From: Actinomycetota bacterium
Lineage (GTDB): Bacteria; Actinomycetota; Acidimicrobiia; IMCC26256; VFJJ01
Reading direction: 5' to 3'
DNA length: 64,000 nucleotides
Assembly: GCA_009886115.1 (NCBI GenBank)
Contig: VFJJ01000011.1
Span: forward strand, 91,348 to 155,347
In this document: in pieces, positions 19,957-27,859 of the stretch
How positions within the stretch are numbered: the first letter of the stretch is position 1
Layout: each line of letters starts with the position of its first letter
Notes under the pieces: generated by a model
Told to the model about the DNA's origin: nothing
Seen by the model: the letters and a program-made list of their open reading frames with translations, nothing else
The model's database searches: none
Program-made: the position numbers and the translations under genes

Positions 19957-21248
19957 GCCGACGGGCCTGGCACCCGATGGGCAGGCGCCGACTCGTCGCG
20001 GGCCGGACCCAGCACCAGGCTGGCGTTGTGCCCACCGAAGCCGAACGAGTTGGAGATCACCGGCGCTACCGCGATCGTCCGAGGGCTGCCGGCGACGATG
20101 TCGACGAGCATCTCGGGATCGGCGGTGTGATGGTTGGCGGTCGGGGGCACGATGCCCCGAGTGGCGCTGAGCAATGCGGCAATGGCCTCGACCGCACCCG
20201 CCGCGCCGATCATGTGGCCGATGACGCCCTTGGTGGAGGTGAGCGGGGGCGGCTTGTCGCCGAAGACCTTGCGCACGGCCTCGGCTTCGGCAGCGTCGTT
20301 CATCGGAGTCGAGGTGCCGTGGGCGTTGACATGGCCGATCGCCGCAGCCGTGAGGCCGGCGTCGGCCAGTGCCTGCTCCATGCACGCCGCGGCACCAGAC
20401 CCGCCGGGCGATGGCGCCGTGATGTGATAGGCGTCGTTGTTGCGACCGTACCCGAGCACCTCGCCGTAGATCCGGGCGCCTCGCTCGACGGCCCGGTCGT
20501 AGCGCTCGAGCAGCAAGAAGCCGGCGCCCTCGCCCATCACGAACCCGTCGCGGTCGACGTCGAACGGCCGCGATGCCAGCTCGGGGGCGTCGATCCGGGT
20601 CGACAGCGCGGTCATGCGCCAGAAGGCCGACAGCGTGATCGGGGTGATGACGGCCTCACAGCCGCCGGCCATGACGATGTCGGCCGAGTCGTCGCGGATC
20701 ATCCGGGCGCCCTCGCCGATGGCGTTGGCCGAGGTGGCGCACGCCGTGGAAACGCAGAAGTTGGGGCCGGTCCAGCCGAATTGCATCCCGATGACGGCGG
20801 TGGCGGCGTTGGGCATGAACATGGGGACGAGGAAGGGGCTGACCCCCCGATACCCCTTGGTGGCGTACGCAACGGCCTGCTCCTCGAAGGTGATGATGCC
20901 CCCGATGCCCGACCCGGCCACGACCCCGCAGCGGGCCGGATCGGCGCCGACATCGCCAGCATCAGCCAGCGCATCGACCGCCGCGCCGATCGCGAACTGT
21001 GAGACCCGGTCGAGGCGGCGGACCTCCTTGGGGGCCACGTACGTCGTGGGGTCGTAATCCGTGACCTCACATGCGAAATTGACCGGGAGCTCCGACGCGT
21101 CGAAGCGGGTGATCGCCGCAGCCTGCGACCGGGCCGAGAGCACGGTCTGCCAGAACGTCTCGACGTCGTTTCCCGCTGGGCTCTTCACGCCCAGGCCGGT
21201 GATGGCGACACGAGGGCGTCCCCGATGATCGAGGTGGTCGACGGTCAT
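19953..21248 (-). CDS. fabF: beta-ketoacyl-ACP synthase II
   Basis: TACATS, NAHGTST, GHMIGAAG, SNSFGFGG. Confidence 0.95.
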   Translation of the reverse strand: MTVDHLDHRGRPRVAITGLGVKSPAGNDVETFWQTVLSARSQAAAITRFDASELPVNFACEVTDYDPTTYVAPKEVRRLDRVSQFAIGAAVDALADAGDVGADPARCGVVAGSGIGGIITFEEQAVAYATKGYRGVSPFLVPMFMPNAATAVIGMQFGWTGPNFCVSTACATSANAIGEGARMIRDDSADIVMAGGCEAVITPITLSAFWRMTALSTRIDAPELASRPFDVDRDGFVMGEGAGFLLLERYDRAVERGARIYGEVLGYGRNNDAYHITAPSPGGSGAAACMEQALADAGLTAAAIGHVNAHGTSTPMNDAAEAEAVRKVFGDKPPPLTSTKGVIGHMIGAAGAVEAIAALLSATRGIVPPTANHHTADPEMLVDIVAGSPRTIAVAPVISNSFGFGGHNASLVLGPARDESAPAHRVPGPSA

Positions 21249-21338
21249 GTGATGCGTTGCTCCTCCGGGCGCCTGATTCCGGGCAGGTGGCGGCGATCCG
21301 AGAACCTCGGTGGCCGGGACCCGAACCGGGGCGGCCCT

Positions 21339-21590
21339 CTAGCTCTTGGCTGCCAGCTTGCCCATGACCAGGTCGAGGGAGTTGCCGATGGTGAGCACAC
21401 CCTCGAGGTCGTCTTCGGGGACCGTGATGTCGAAGCGCTCCTCGAGTGCCATCACGAGCTCGACGAGGTCGAGGCTGTCGGCGTCGAGGTCCTCCTTGAA
21501 GCGGGCCTCCTCGGTGATGGCGTCGTCGTCGACACCCAGCACCTCGATAGCCGCCTCACGAAGCTTGACGAACGCATCAGCGCGGTCCAT
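21339..21590 (-). CDS. acpP: acyl carrier protein
   Basis: DLDADSLDLVELVMALEE. Confidence 0.96.
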   Translation of the reverse strand: MDRADAFVKLREAAIEVLGVDDDAITEEARFKEDLDADSLDLVELVMALEERFDITVPEDDLEGVLTIGNSLDLVMGKLAAKS

Positions 21591-21620
21591 TGACGTTGTC
21601 CCCCTTGGGATCGGTGAAGT

Positions 21621-22391
21621 TCAATGCCCCATCCCCAGTCCGCCGTCGACGGGAATGATGGCTCCAGTGATGTATCCGGCGAGGTCGCTGCACAGGAATG
21701 CGACGGTGGCGGCGACCTCGTCGGCGGTTCCGAAACGCCCGAGCGGAACCTGCCCGGCCAAGTCGGTCCGACGTTCCTCTCCGAGGGCGTCGGTCATGGC
21801 GGTGGTGATCGGCCCCGGGGCCACGACGTTGGCCGTGATGCTACGGGACGCGAACTCCCTGGCAACAGTTCTGGTCAAGCCGATCACGCCGGCCTTGGCC
21901 GCCGCATAGTTGGCCTGACCAGCCGATCCGAGCATCCCGACGACCGATGTGACGTTCACGATCCGGCCGAACCGGGCCCGCATCATCCCTGGCACCGCCC
22001 GCCGGATGGCGTAGAAGCATCCGTCGAGGTTGGTGTGCACGACGCTCGACCACTGCTCGTCGGTCATGCGCAGCAACAGGCCGTCGGCGTTCATCCCGGC
22101 GTTGTTGACCAGGAGCGTGACCTTCTCACCGAAGGCGTCCTCGACGGCGGTGAAGGCTGCGTCGACGGCGGCCACGTCGGAGGCGTCGGCTCGCACCGCC
22201 AGCCCGGCGCCTCCAGCCTCCTCGATGTGCTCGACCACCTCGAGCGCGCCGTCCTCGTCGCGGGAGTAGGTGACACCAACCCGGTGTCCATCGGCAGCCA
22301 GACGGATCGCGATGGCCCGTCCGATGCCCCGTGACGCGCCGCTGACCAGCGCCACCCGGGTCGGGGCGGCGCTGTCTGCTCGGGAGGTCAT
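21621..22391 (-). CDS. fabG: 3-oxoacyl-ACP reductase
   Basis: GASRGIG, NNAG, YAAAK. Confidence 0.94.
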   Translation of the reverse strand: MTSRADSAAPTRVALVSGASRGIGRAIAIRLAADGHRVGVTYSRDEDGALEVVEHIEEAGGAGLAVRADASDVAAVDAAFTAVEDAFGEKVTLLVNNAGMNADGLLLRMTDEQWSSVVHTNLDGCFYAIRRAVPGMMRARFGRIVNVTSVVGMLGSAGQANYAAAKAGVIGLTRTVAREFASRSITANVVAPGPITTAMTDALGEERRTDLAGQVPLGRFGTADEVAATVAFLCSDLAGYITGAIIPVDGGLGMGH

Positions 22392-23392
22392 GCCTTGGCT
22401 CCCCAGCGGATGAGCGCCGAGGCCCAGGTCATCCCGGCGCCGAAGCCGGCGATGAGCACGAGGTCGCCCGGCTTGATGCGCCCCTGATCGGCGGCCTCGA
22501 ACATGGCCAGCGGGATCGACGCCGACGACGTGTTGCCGAAGCGGTCGAGGTTGATGACCGTCTTGTTGGTGGGGAACCCGAAGCGCTTGATGGCGGCCTC
22601 GATGATGCGGATGTTGGCCTGGTGGGGCACGAACACGTCGACGTCAGCGGCGGTCACGCCGGCCTGGGCCAGGGTCTTCTCGACGGTGCCCACGACGGCT
22701 CGGACGGCCCGCTTGTACACCTCCTGGCCTTCCATCTTCAGGTAGTGGCCCCGGTTGGCGACCGTCTCGGCGCTGGCTGGCAAGCGCGTGCCTCCGGCGG
22801 GCACGTTCAGGATCGACCAGGCCGAGCCATCGCAGCCCAGATCCCACGCCAGCACGCCGGGAGCGCTGGGCGAGGTGTCGTCGTGGCGCTGGAGCACGCA
22901 CGCCGCGGCTCCGTCTCCGAAGAGCACCACGGTGGCGCGGTCCTGGGGATCGATGATCCGGGTGAGGGCCTCGGCGCCGATCAGCAGGACCGACCGGTAC
23001 ATCCCGGTGTTCATGAGCGCAGCCGCGGTCACGTAGCCGTAGGCGAAGCCCGAGCAGGCCGCGTTCACGTCGAAGGCTCCGCAGCGCAGGCCGATGCCGT
23101 CATGGACGATCGACGATGTCGACGGGACGACCATCTCGGGCGTCGCCGTGGCCAGCACCAGCAGGTCGATGTCGTCGGGGGTCAGGCCCGCGTGCTTGAT
23201 CGCGGCCATGCCGGCATCGATGCCAAGCGTGGCGGTCGATTCGTCGGGTCCGGCGACCCGCCGTTCCCTGATGCCCGAGCGCGACACGATCCACTCGTCG
23301 GTCGTGTCGACCTGAGCTTCGAGGTCGGCGTTGGTGAGCCGGCGTTCAGGCAGGGCAATGCCCCAACCCGCGAACGTGACGGGGATGAACAT
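22388..23392 (-). CDS. fabH: beta-ketoacyl-ACP synthase III
   Basis: AACSGF, PHQAN, GNTSSAS (C-H-N triad). Confidence 0.96.
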   Translation of the reverse strand: MFIPVTFAGWGIALPERRLTNADLEAQVDTTDEWIVSRSGIRERRVAGPDESTATLGIDAGMAAIKHAGLTPDDIDLLVLATATPEMVVPSTSSIVHDGIGLRCGAFDVNAACSGFAYGYVTAAALMNTGMYRSVLLIGAEALTRIIDPQDRATVVLFGDGAAACVLQRHDDTSPSAPGVLAWDLGCDGSAWSILNVPAGGTRLPASAETVANRGHYLKMEGQEVYKRAVRAVVGTVEKTLAQAGVTAADVDVFVPHQANIRIIEAAIKRFGFPTNKTVINLDRFGNTSSASIPLAMFEAADQGRIKPGDLVLIAGFGAGMTWASALIRWGAKA

Positions 23393-23422
23393 GGTCGTGA
23401 CGCTACGGGACCGTGCCCGCGA

Positions 23423-23728
23423 TCAGGCGATCCGCAGCCAGGCCACCGGCTGGCCTTCGCGCACTCGCTCGCCCGGCTCGGCGAGCATGCCCATGACACG
23501 CCCCCGGAAAGGACTGCACACGGGCTCGGAAGTGCCCGGGCCCTCGACGGCGCCGATCGCCTGACCCGGCTCGATGGCCAGCGGATGATCGGCCAGGCCG
23601 TCGGCGTCGCTGTCGACCGGGGCCGAGGCGTGGGGCCGGAAGACCCCGGCCCTCGGTGAGACGATCACCCGCTCGAGGACGGCGAGGCGTTCTCCCTGCA
23701 GCACTTCGGCCACGGTGCTCGTCGACAT
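23423..23728 (-). CDS. biotinyl/lipoyl-fold protein lacking the acceptor lysine
   Basis: SP..GVF, G+.+G.VE, SPF.G.V, GE.V.EGQP+ pattern; EGPGT where EAMKM is expected; ATG after AGGAG. Confidence 0.78.
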   Translation of the reverse strand: MSTSTVAEVLQGERLAVLERVIVSPRAGVFRPHASAPVDSDADGLADHPLAIEPGQAIGAVEGPGTSEPVCSPFRGRVMGMLAEPGERVREGQPVAWLRIA

Positions 23729-23853
23729 GTGTGTCTCCTGATCCTTGGCCGGGCGAAGACGGCCCGGGTGCTGCGGGATGGGGTGGACGGGCATGGGGGG
23801 CTGGGCGGGTCGTCGGGCTCGGAGCCCTTCGAGCGTCGAGATCGTGTGCGGGC

Positions 23854-24777
23854 TCATGCGGCCTCGATGGCGTCGAGCACGGTGAGCTCATCGGGGGTGG
23901 CGATGCCGAGAGCGCGTACGTCGGGGACGGTGCGCTTGGCCAGGCCGGCGATCATCGAACCGTGGCCGATCTCGAGGAAGGTCGTGGCGCCGATGCCGGC
24001 CAGGGTCTCCATGACGCTTCGCCACCGGACGGGGCGCGTGAGATGGGTGACCAGGCGCTCGCGCCAGCCGATGCCGTCGGCGTACGACCGCGCGTCCTCG
24101 TTGGAGACCACCGGGGCGTCGGGCGTGTGCCAGGTGAGCGTGCTCAGGTGATCGGCGAGCGACTCGGCCGCTTCGGCCATGAGGGGGGTGTGGAAGGCGC
24201 CACCCACGTTGAGGGGGGTGATTCGCCGGACTCCGGCCTGCTTGGCGGCCTCGCTGGCGGTCTCGACGCCCTCCGGGGTCCCGGCGATGGCGATCTGGCC
24301 GACCGTGTTGTCGTTGGCGATCCAGCAAGCGTCGGGAGCGGCGGCACAGGCCTGCTCGGCCTGCTCGAGGGTGCCGCCGAGGAGAGCGACCATCTTCCCC
24401 GGGCGCCGGTTGGCTGCCTCCTGGGTGAGCTCGGCCCGCCGTGCCGCCAGTACGACACCGTCGTCGAGCTCCAGCGTGCCGGAGGCGATCAGCGCCGTGA
24501 CCTGCCCCAACGAGTGCCCGGCGAAGGCGACGGGAGGCGACGGAAGTTGGTCACGAACGGCGTCCCACACAACGAGACTGGTGAGAAGCACCGAGAGTTG
24601 GGCCTCGCGGGTGCTCGAGAGCTCCTCGGCAGAGGCGTCGACGAGAAGGTGGGTGAAGTTCTCGCCCGTGGCCTTCTCGGCTCGCTCGACCACGGCCCAG
24701 CTCGGGTGGTCGACCCAGGGACGTCCCATGCCGGGCTGTTGGGTGCCCTGACCTGGGAAGACGATGGCATGACCCAT
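23854..24777 (-). CDS. fabD: malonyl-CoA:ACP transacylase
   Basis: FPGQGTQ, GHSLG, GAFHT. Confidence 0.95.
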   Translation of the reverse strand: MGHAIVFPGQGTQQPGMGRPWVDHPSWAVVERAEKATGENFTHLLVDASAEELSSTREAQLSVLLTSLVVWDAVRDQLPSPPVAFAGHSLGQVTALIASGTLELDDGVVLAARRAELTQEAANRRPGKMVALLGGTLEQAEQACAAAPDACWIANDNTVGQIAIAGTPEGVETASEAAKQAGVRRITPLNVGGAFHTPLMAEAAESLADHLSTLTWHTPDAPVVSNEDARSYADGIGWRERLVTHLTRPVRWRSVMETLAGIGATTFLEIGHGSMIAGLAKRTVPDVRALGIATPDELTVLDAIEAA

Positions 24778-24954
24778 GCGAGACCGCTGCGCCTTCTGCT
24801 AGGTTCGTCGGGATTCGGCGAACAGGAGGTGTTGGTCCCCTCCGGGGACCTGAGGCTTCCGACTCCCCCGATCGGCGGGGGGTTACATCGCGGTGGCTGG
24901 GAGATGAAGTCCCGGGATCGAACCCTCGGCGGGCACCCGTGCTTTGATGAGCCC

Positions 24955-25413
24955 ATGGCCCAGCCGGCGAGCCCAGATCCGTCCTATCCGCGTGTCGCGG
25001 TCGACCCGTTCGTCGCACTCTTGCCCCATCGGCCGCCGTTTCGGTTCGTGGACGTGGTCGACGAGTGCCGGCCTGGCGATCACGTTCGGGCGCGATACCG
25101 CGTCACCGGCGACGAGGCCTTCCTCGCCGGTCACTTCCCTGGTAATCCCGTCGTCCCCGGGGTGATCCAGCTCGAGGCGCTGGCCCAGGCCGGAGCCATC
25201 GCCGTGCTGTCCGACGAGCGCTACGCGGGCCGACTGCCGCTGTTCGGCGGGGCCGAGAAGGTCAGATGGCGCCGGATCGTCCGTCCGGGCGACGAGCTCG
25301 TCCTCGAATGCACGCTCGAGCAGCTCTCCGCCCGCGGCGGTTGGGGCGCCGCCCGGGCCACCGTCGACGGCCAACGTACCTGCGAGGCCCGGATCTTCTT
25401 CGCCCTCGGCTAG
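24955..25413 (+). CDS. fabZ: 3-hydroxyacyl-ACP dehydratase
   Basis: LPHRPPFRFVD, GHFPGNPVVPGVIQLEALAQ. Confidence 0.92.
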   Translation: MAQPASPDPSYPRVAVDPFVALLPHRPPFRFVDVVDECRPGDHVRARYRVTGDEAFLAGHFPGNPVVPGVIQLEALAQAGAIAVLSDERYAGRLPLFGGAEKVRWRRIVRPGDELVLECTLEQLSARGGWGAARATVDGQRTCEARIFFALG

Positions 25414-25512
25414 ATGCAGCTCGTTGCACGTGGGAGCACCAGTCAGGCGAAGCTCGCCCGATGTCGTCCACGAAGGCCGACGCGTCGACCCACAGCTACG
25501 ATGTCGGCGCTC

Positions 25513-25596
25513 GCCCGAGTGGTGGAATGGCAGACACGGCGGACTCAAAATCCGCTGCCGCAAGGTGTGTGGGTTCGAATCCCACCTCGGGCACCA
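25513..25596 (+). tRNA. tRNA-Leu (anticodon CAA)
   Basis: GCCCGAG/CTCGGGC acceptor stem, GCGGA-CTCAAAA-TCCGC anticodon arm, variable arm, GTTCGAATC, encoded CCA. Confidence 0.96.
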
Positions 25597-25998
25597 CCCT
25601 TGACCAGCATAAATGTGACCAGCCGCCTGGACGGTGGGTCGCCGATCACCTCCCGCGTGCTCGGCAATCTCATGACCGGCGGGCGACCGCAATCAGCGGA
25701 CGCGTGAGTTGCGTGTGGACCTGCCCAAGAACTCGTGACTGTCGAGGGTGCCCCACCTCGGGCAACCCCGACATCATCCGCCCCGGCGGGCCATAGAACT
25801 CCCACCCATCATCCCCAACGGCGGGGCTGACTTTCCCCGCCATGAGCCCGGGTGGTCGATCCGCTCGAGGAAGTGCCATCTACAAGACCTCCGATCGTGG
25901 AGAGGCCCTCCCCGCCGAGTTGGACGCTCCGGGGAGGGCTCTCCGCGGTGGTTGCCACCGTGGCCATGGTTGGCCGTGCCGGTTGAGTGTCGACTAAC

Positions 25999-26163
25999 GC
26001 CTACGGGACTCCCGAGCTGCCGACCGCCCTCGAACGAGCGACCGGCTACTCCTACACCGCACAAGCCACCAGCGCCGCCGACACCCGACGAGCGATCGAC
26101 CAACTCACCCGCACCCTCCACCCCGAACACCACCGAGGCCACGATCTCGGCATCGGGCTGTGA
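25999..26163 (+). pseudogene. possible C-terminal remnant of a MobF/TrwC-like relaxase
   Basis: Startless frame ending ...PEHHRGHDLGIGL*, resembling actinobacterial relaxase tails (recalled, not searched). Confidence 0.35.
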
Positions 26164-26309
26164 AGCGTGCGGCTCGGCACGCGCAGCCGCTTGGGATCAT
26201 CGGCGGCTCAGCGTGATCATGGTGCGCTGGTCGGTGCCCGACTCGCCCCGGCGGGACCGTCCGAGATCGCGGCAACGGGTCGGGGAGTCCCAGATGCTGC
26301 CGGAAGGGG

Positions 26310-26600
26310 TCAGGGCGCGACGAGGCGTTCGAAGCGTTGCCGGGCTCCTTGGCGAGTGATGCCGAGCTGAGCGCCGATCACCCCCCACGAGAGACCGGCT
26401 CGGCGGGCTGCGAGCACGGCGGCTTCGACGCGGCCTCGCGCATCTCGCTGGGCCGCGGCAGCGGCCCGAAGCTCAGCCAGCACGGCCGGATCGGTGACCA
26501 CGAGCGCGTCACCGGGCACGTCGTCGATGGCCGTGATGATGGCGTCGGTTTCCCGGCTCGTCATGCTGCGGGGGTGCTTTGTGGTCTTCATGGCTGTCAC
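26310..26600 (-). CDS. HTH protein, putative antitoxin
   Basis: ARRAGLSWGVIGAQLGITRQGARQRF; GTGA overlap with upstream gene. Confidence 0.75.
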   Translation of the reverse strand: MTAMKTTKHPRSMTSRETDAIITAIDDVPGDALVVTDPAVLAELRAAAAAQRDARGRVEAAVLAARRAGLSWGVIGAQLGITRQGARQRFERLVAP

Positions 26601-26842
26601 CTTGGAGGGGGAGTGATGCGGTGGAGGTACTTGGCTCGAGCTGGCATGGCGTGGATCACGAAGTCGGTCTCGTCGGTGCTCAGAACACCGATCTCGAGGA
26701 GTTCGGCGGTACAGCCCGGGCCGATGAGCATGACGAAGTCGGGTTGCTCTGGGTTGGTGATCGCCGTGATTGCGTTGGCGACTGCGTGGCGGATGTCGTC
26801 GTCGGAGACTCCGTGCTTGCTGGCACTCGCAAGGATCTCCAC
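26597..26842 (-). CDS. small putative toxin (RelE/BrnT-like fold)
   Basis: SASKHGV...I.HA...LIGP...LLEIGV...VIHAMPAR; paired with an HTH gene. Confidence 0.65.
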   Translation of the reverse strand: MEILASASKHGVSDDDIRHAVANAITAITNPEQPDFVMLIGPGCTAELLEIGVLSTDETDFVIHAMPARAKYLHRITPPPR

Positions 26843-26878
26843 ATTGACAACTCTAGTTGTCGCGACGGGCTGTGGCAA
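26843..26878 (-). promoter_or_regulatory. sigma70-type promoter with overlapping palindromic operator, leaderless start
   Basis: TTGCCA-N17-TAGAGT-N7-GTG; palindrome GACAACT-CT-AGTTGTC at 26846-26861. Confidence 0.7.
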
Positions 26879-26940
26879 CCACATTCAGCCGGGACACCCG
26901 TCGGGCACCCCGTAAGGGCCGCACTGTTGCACCCGACACG

Positions 26941-27192
26941 GTGAGCGCGGCCTACGATCCGGCGACGGACGAGTGGCGACGCCTCGCCGACGGCCCGTGG
27001 GGCCTCCCCGCGGTGTGGACCGGCACGACGATCATCACCGTGACCGATACCGACTCGGTCACAGGCACCCGCCTCGCCGGCCATGACCCGGCGACCGACG
27101 CGTGGCGGGTCCTCGAAGGGTTGGACGCCGGGGAGCAGCCGGTGATCATCCCCGGCCAGGGCGGCGCGGCGGCCACTCCCCAGGGACCGTGA
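26941..27192 (+). pseudogene. Kelch-repeat protein 3' fragment
   Basis: YDPATDEWRRL and HDPATDAWRVL repeats, no credible N-terminus. Confidence 0.6.
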
Positions 27193-27212
27193 CGTGACAC
27201 CCGACGCACGTT
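27181..27212 (+). repeat. 32-bp direct repeat, copy 1
   Basis: CAGGGACCGTGACGTGACACCCGACGCACGTT; 29/32 identical to 30345-30376. Confidence 0.85.
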
Positions 27213-27325
27213 TCTTGCTGGATCGCCTCACATCGCGCGCTGGCGGGCCGGGGCTCGTCCTTGCCAGCCCGAGAATCTTGCGAAGTGCGCGACGATTTGG
27301 GTGGGCCCCGTTCGTTGGAGGTGTT

Positions 27326-27859
27326 GTGGGACCGCAAGGGGCGTCACCGGGGGCGGCGATCATGTCGCCGGACGCGTTCTGTGACTTCTATCGCAGCGTC
27401 TTGCCCGACGTGTACGGCTACGTCCTCAGGCTGTGTGCCGGTGATCGGGCGCAAGCCGAGGATCTCACCCAAGACGTCTTCGTGGCGCTGTTGGAGGAGC
27501 TGCGTCGGGGTCGTATCGAGCGCGCCGACGTTCGCTGGTTGATCACCGTCGCACGTTCGCGGTTCCTGGATCTCGCTCGGCGGGAGCGGCGACGAGGGTC
27601 GAAGTTGGAGCTGATCCGACGGGACGAAGCGACCGACGAGGAGCCGACCGGCGACGACGTACTGGGCTGTCTCGCCAGGCTGCAGCCGCTCCACCGTGCC
27701 GTTCTGGTGTTGCGGTACGTGGACGGCCTCGCCGTCGCCGACGTCGCCGCGGTCGTCGGCCGCGGCGTGACCGCGACGAACTCATTGCTCGCCCGCGCCC
27801 GAGCCGAGCTCCGTCGATCCGGCCTGCGCGCTGTTGCAGGAGGCAACCCCGATGCCTGA
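27326..27859 (+). CDS. ECF RNA polymerase sigma factor
   Basis: AEDLTQDVF, WLITVAR region 2; region 4 HTH; GTG after GGAGG (ATG 27362 is an alternative start). Confidence 0.88.
   Translation: MGPQGASPGAAIMSPDAFCDFYRSVLPDVYGYVLRLCAGDRAQAEDLTQDVFVALLEELRRGRIERADVRWLITVARSRFLDLARRERRRGSKLELIRRDEATDEEPTGDDVLGCLARLQPLHRAVLVLRYVDGLAVADVAAVVGRGVTATNSLLARARAELRRSGLRAVAGGNPDA

Noticed and set aside
17741..25413. Type II polyketide cluster
   Set aside because: No chain-length factor or cyclases; the gene set is ordinary FAS-II.
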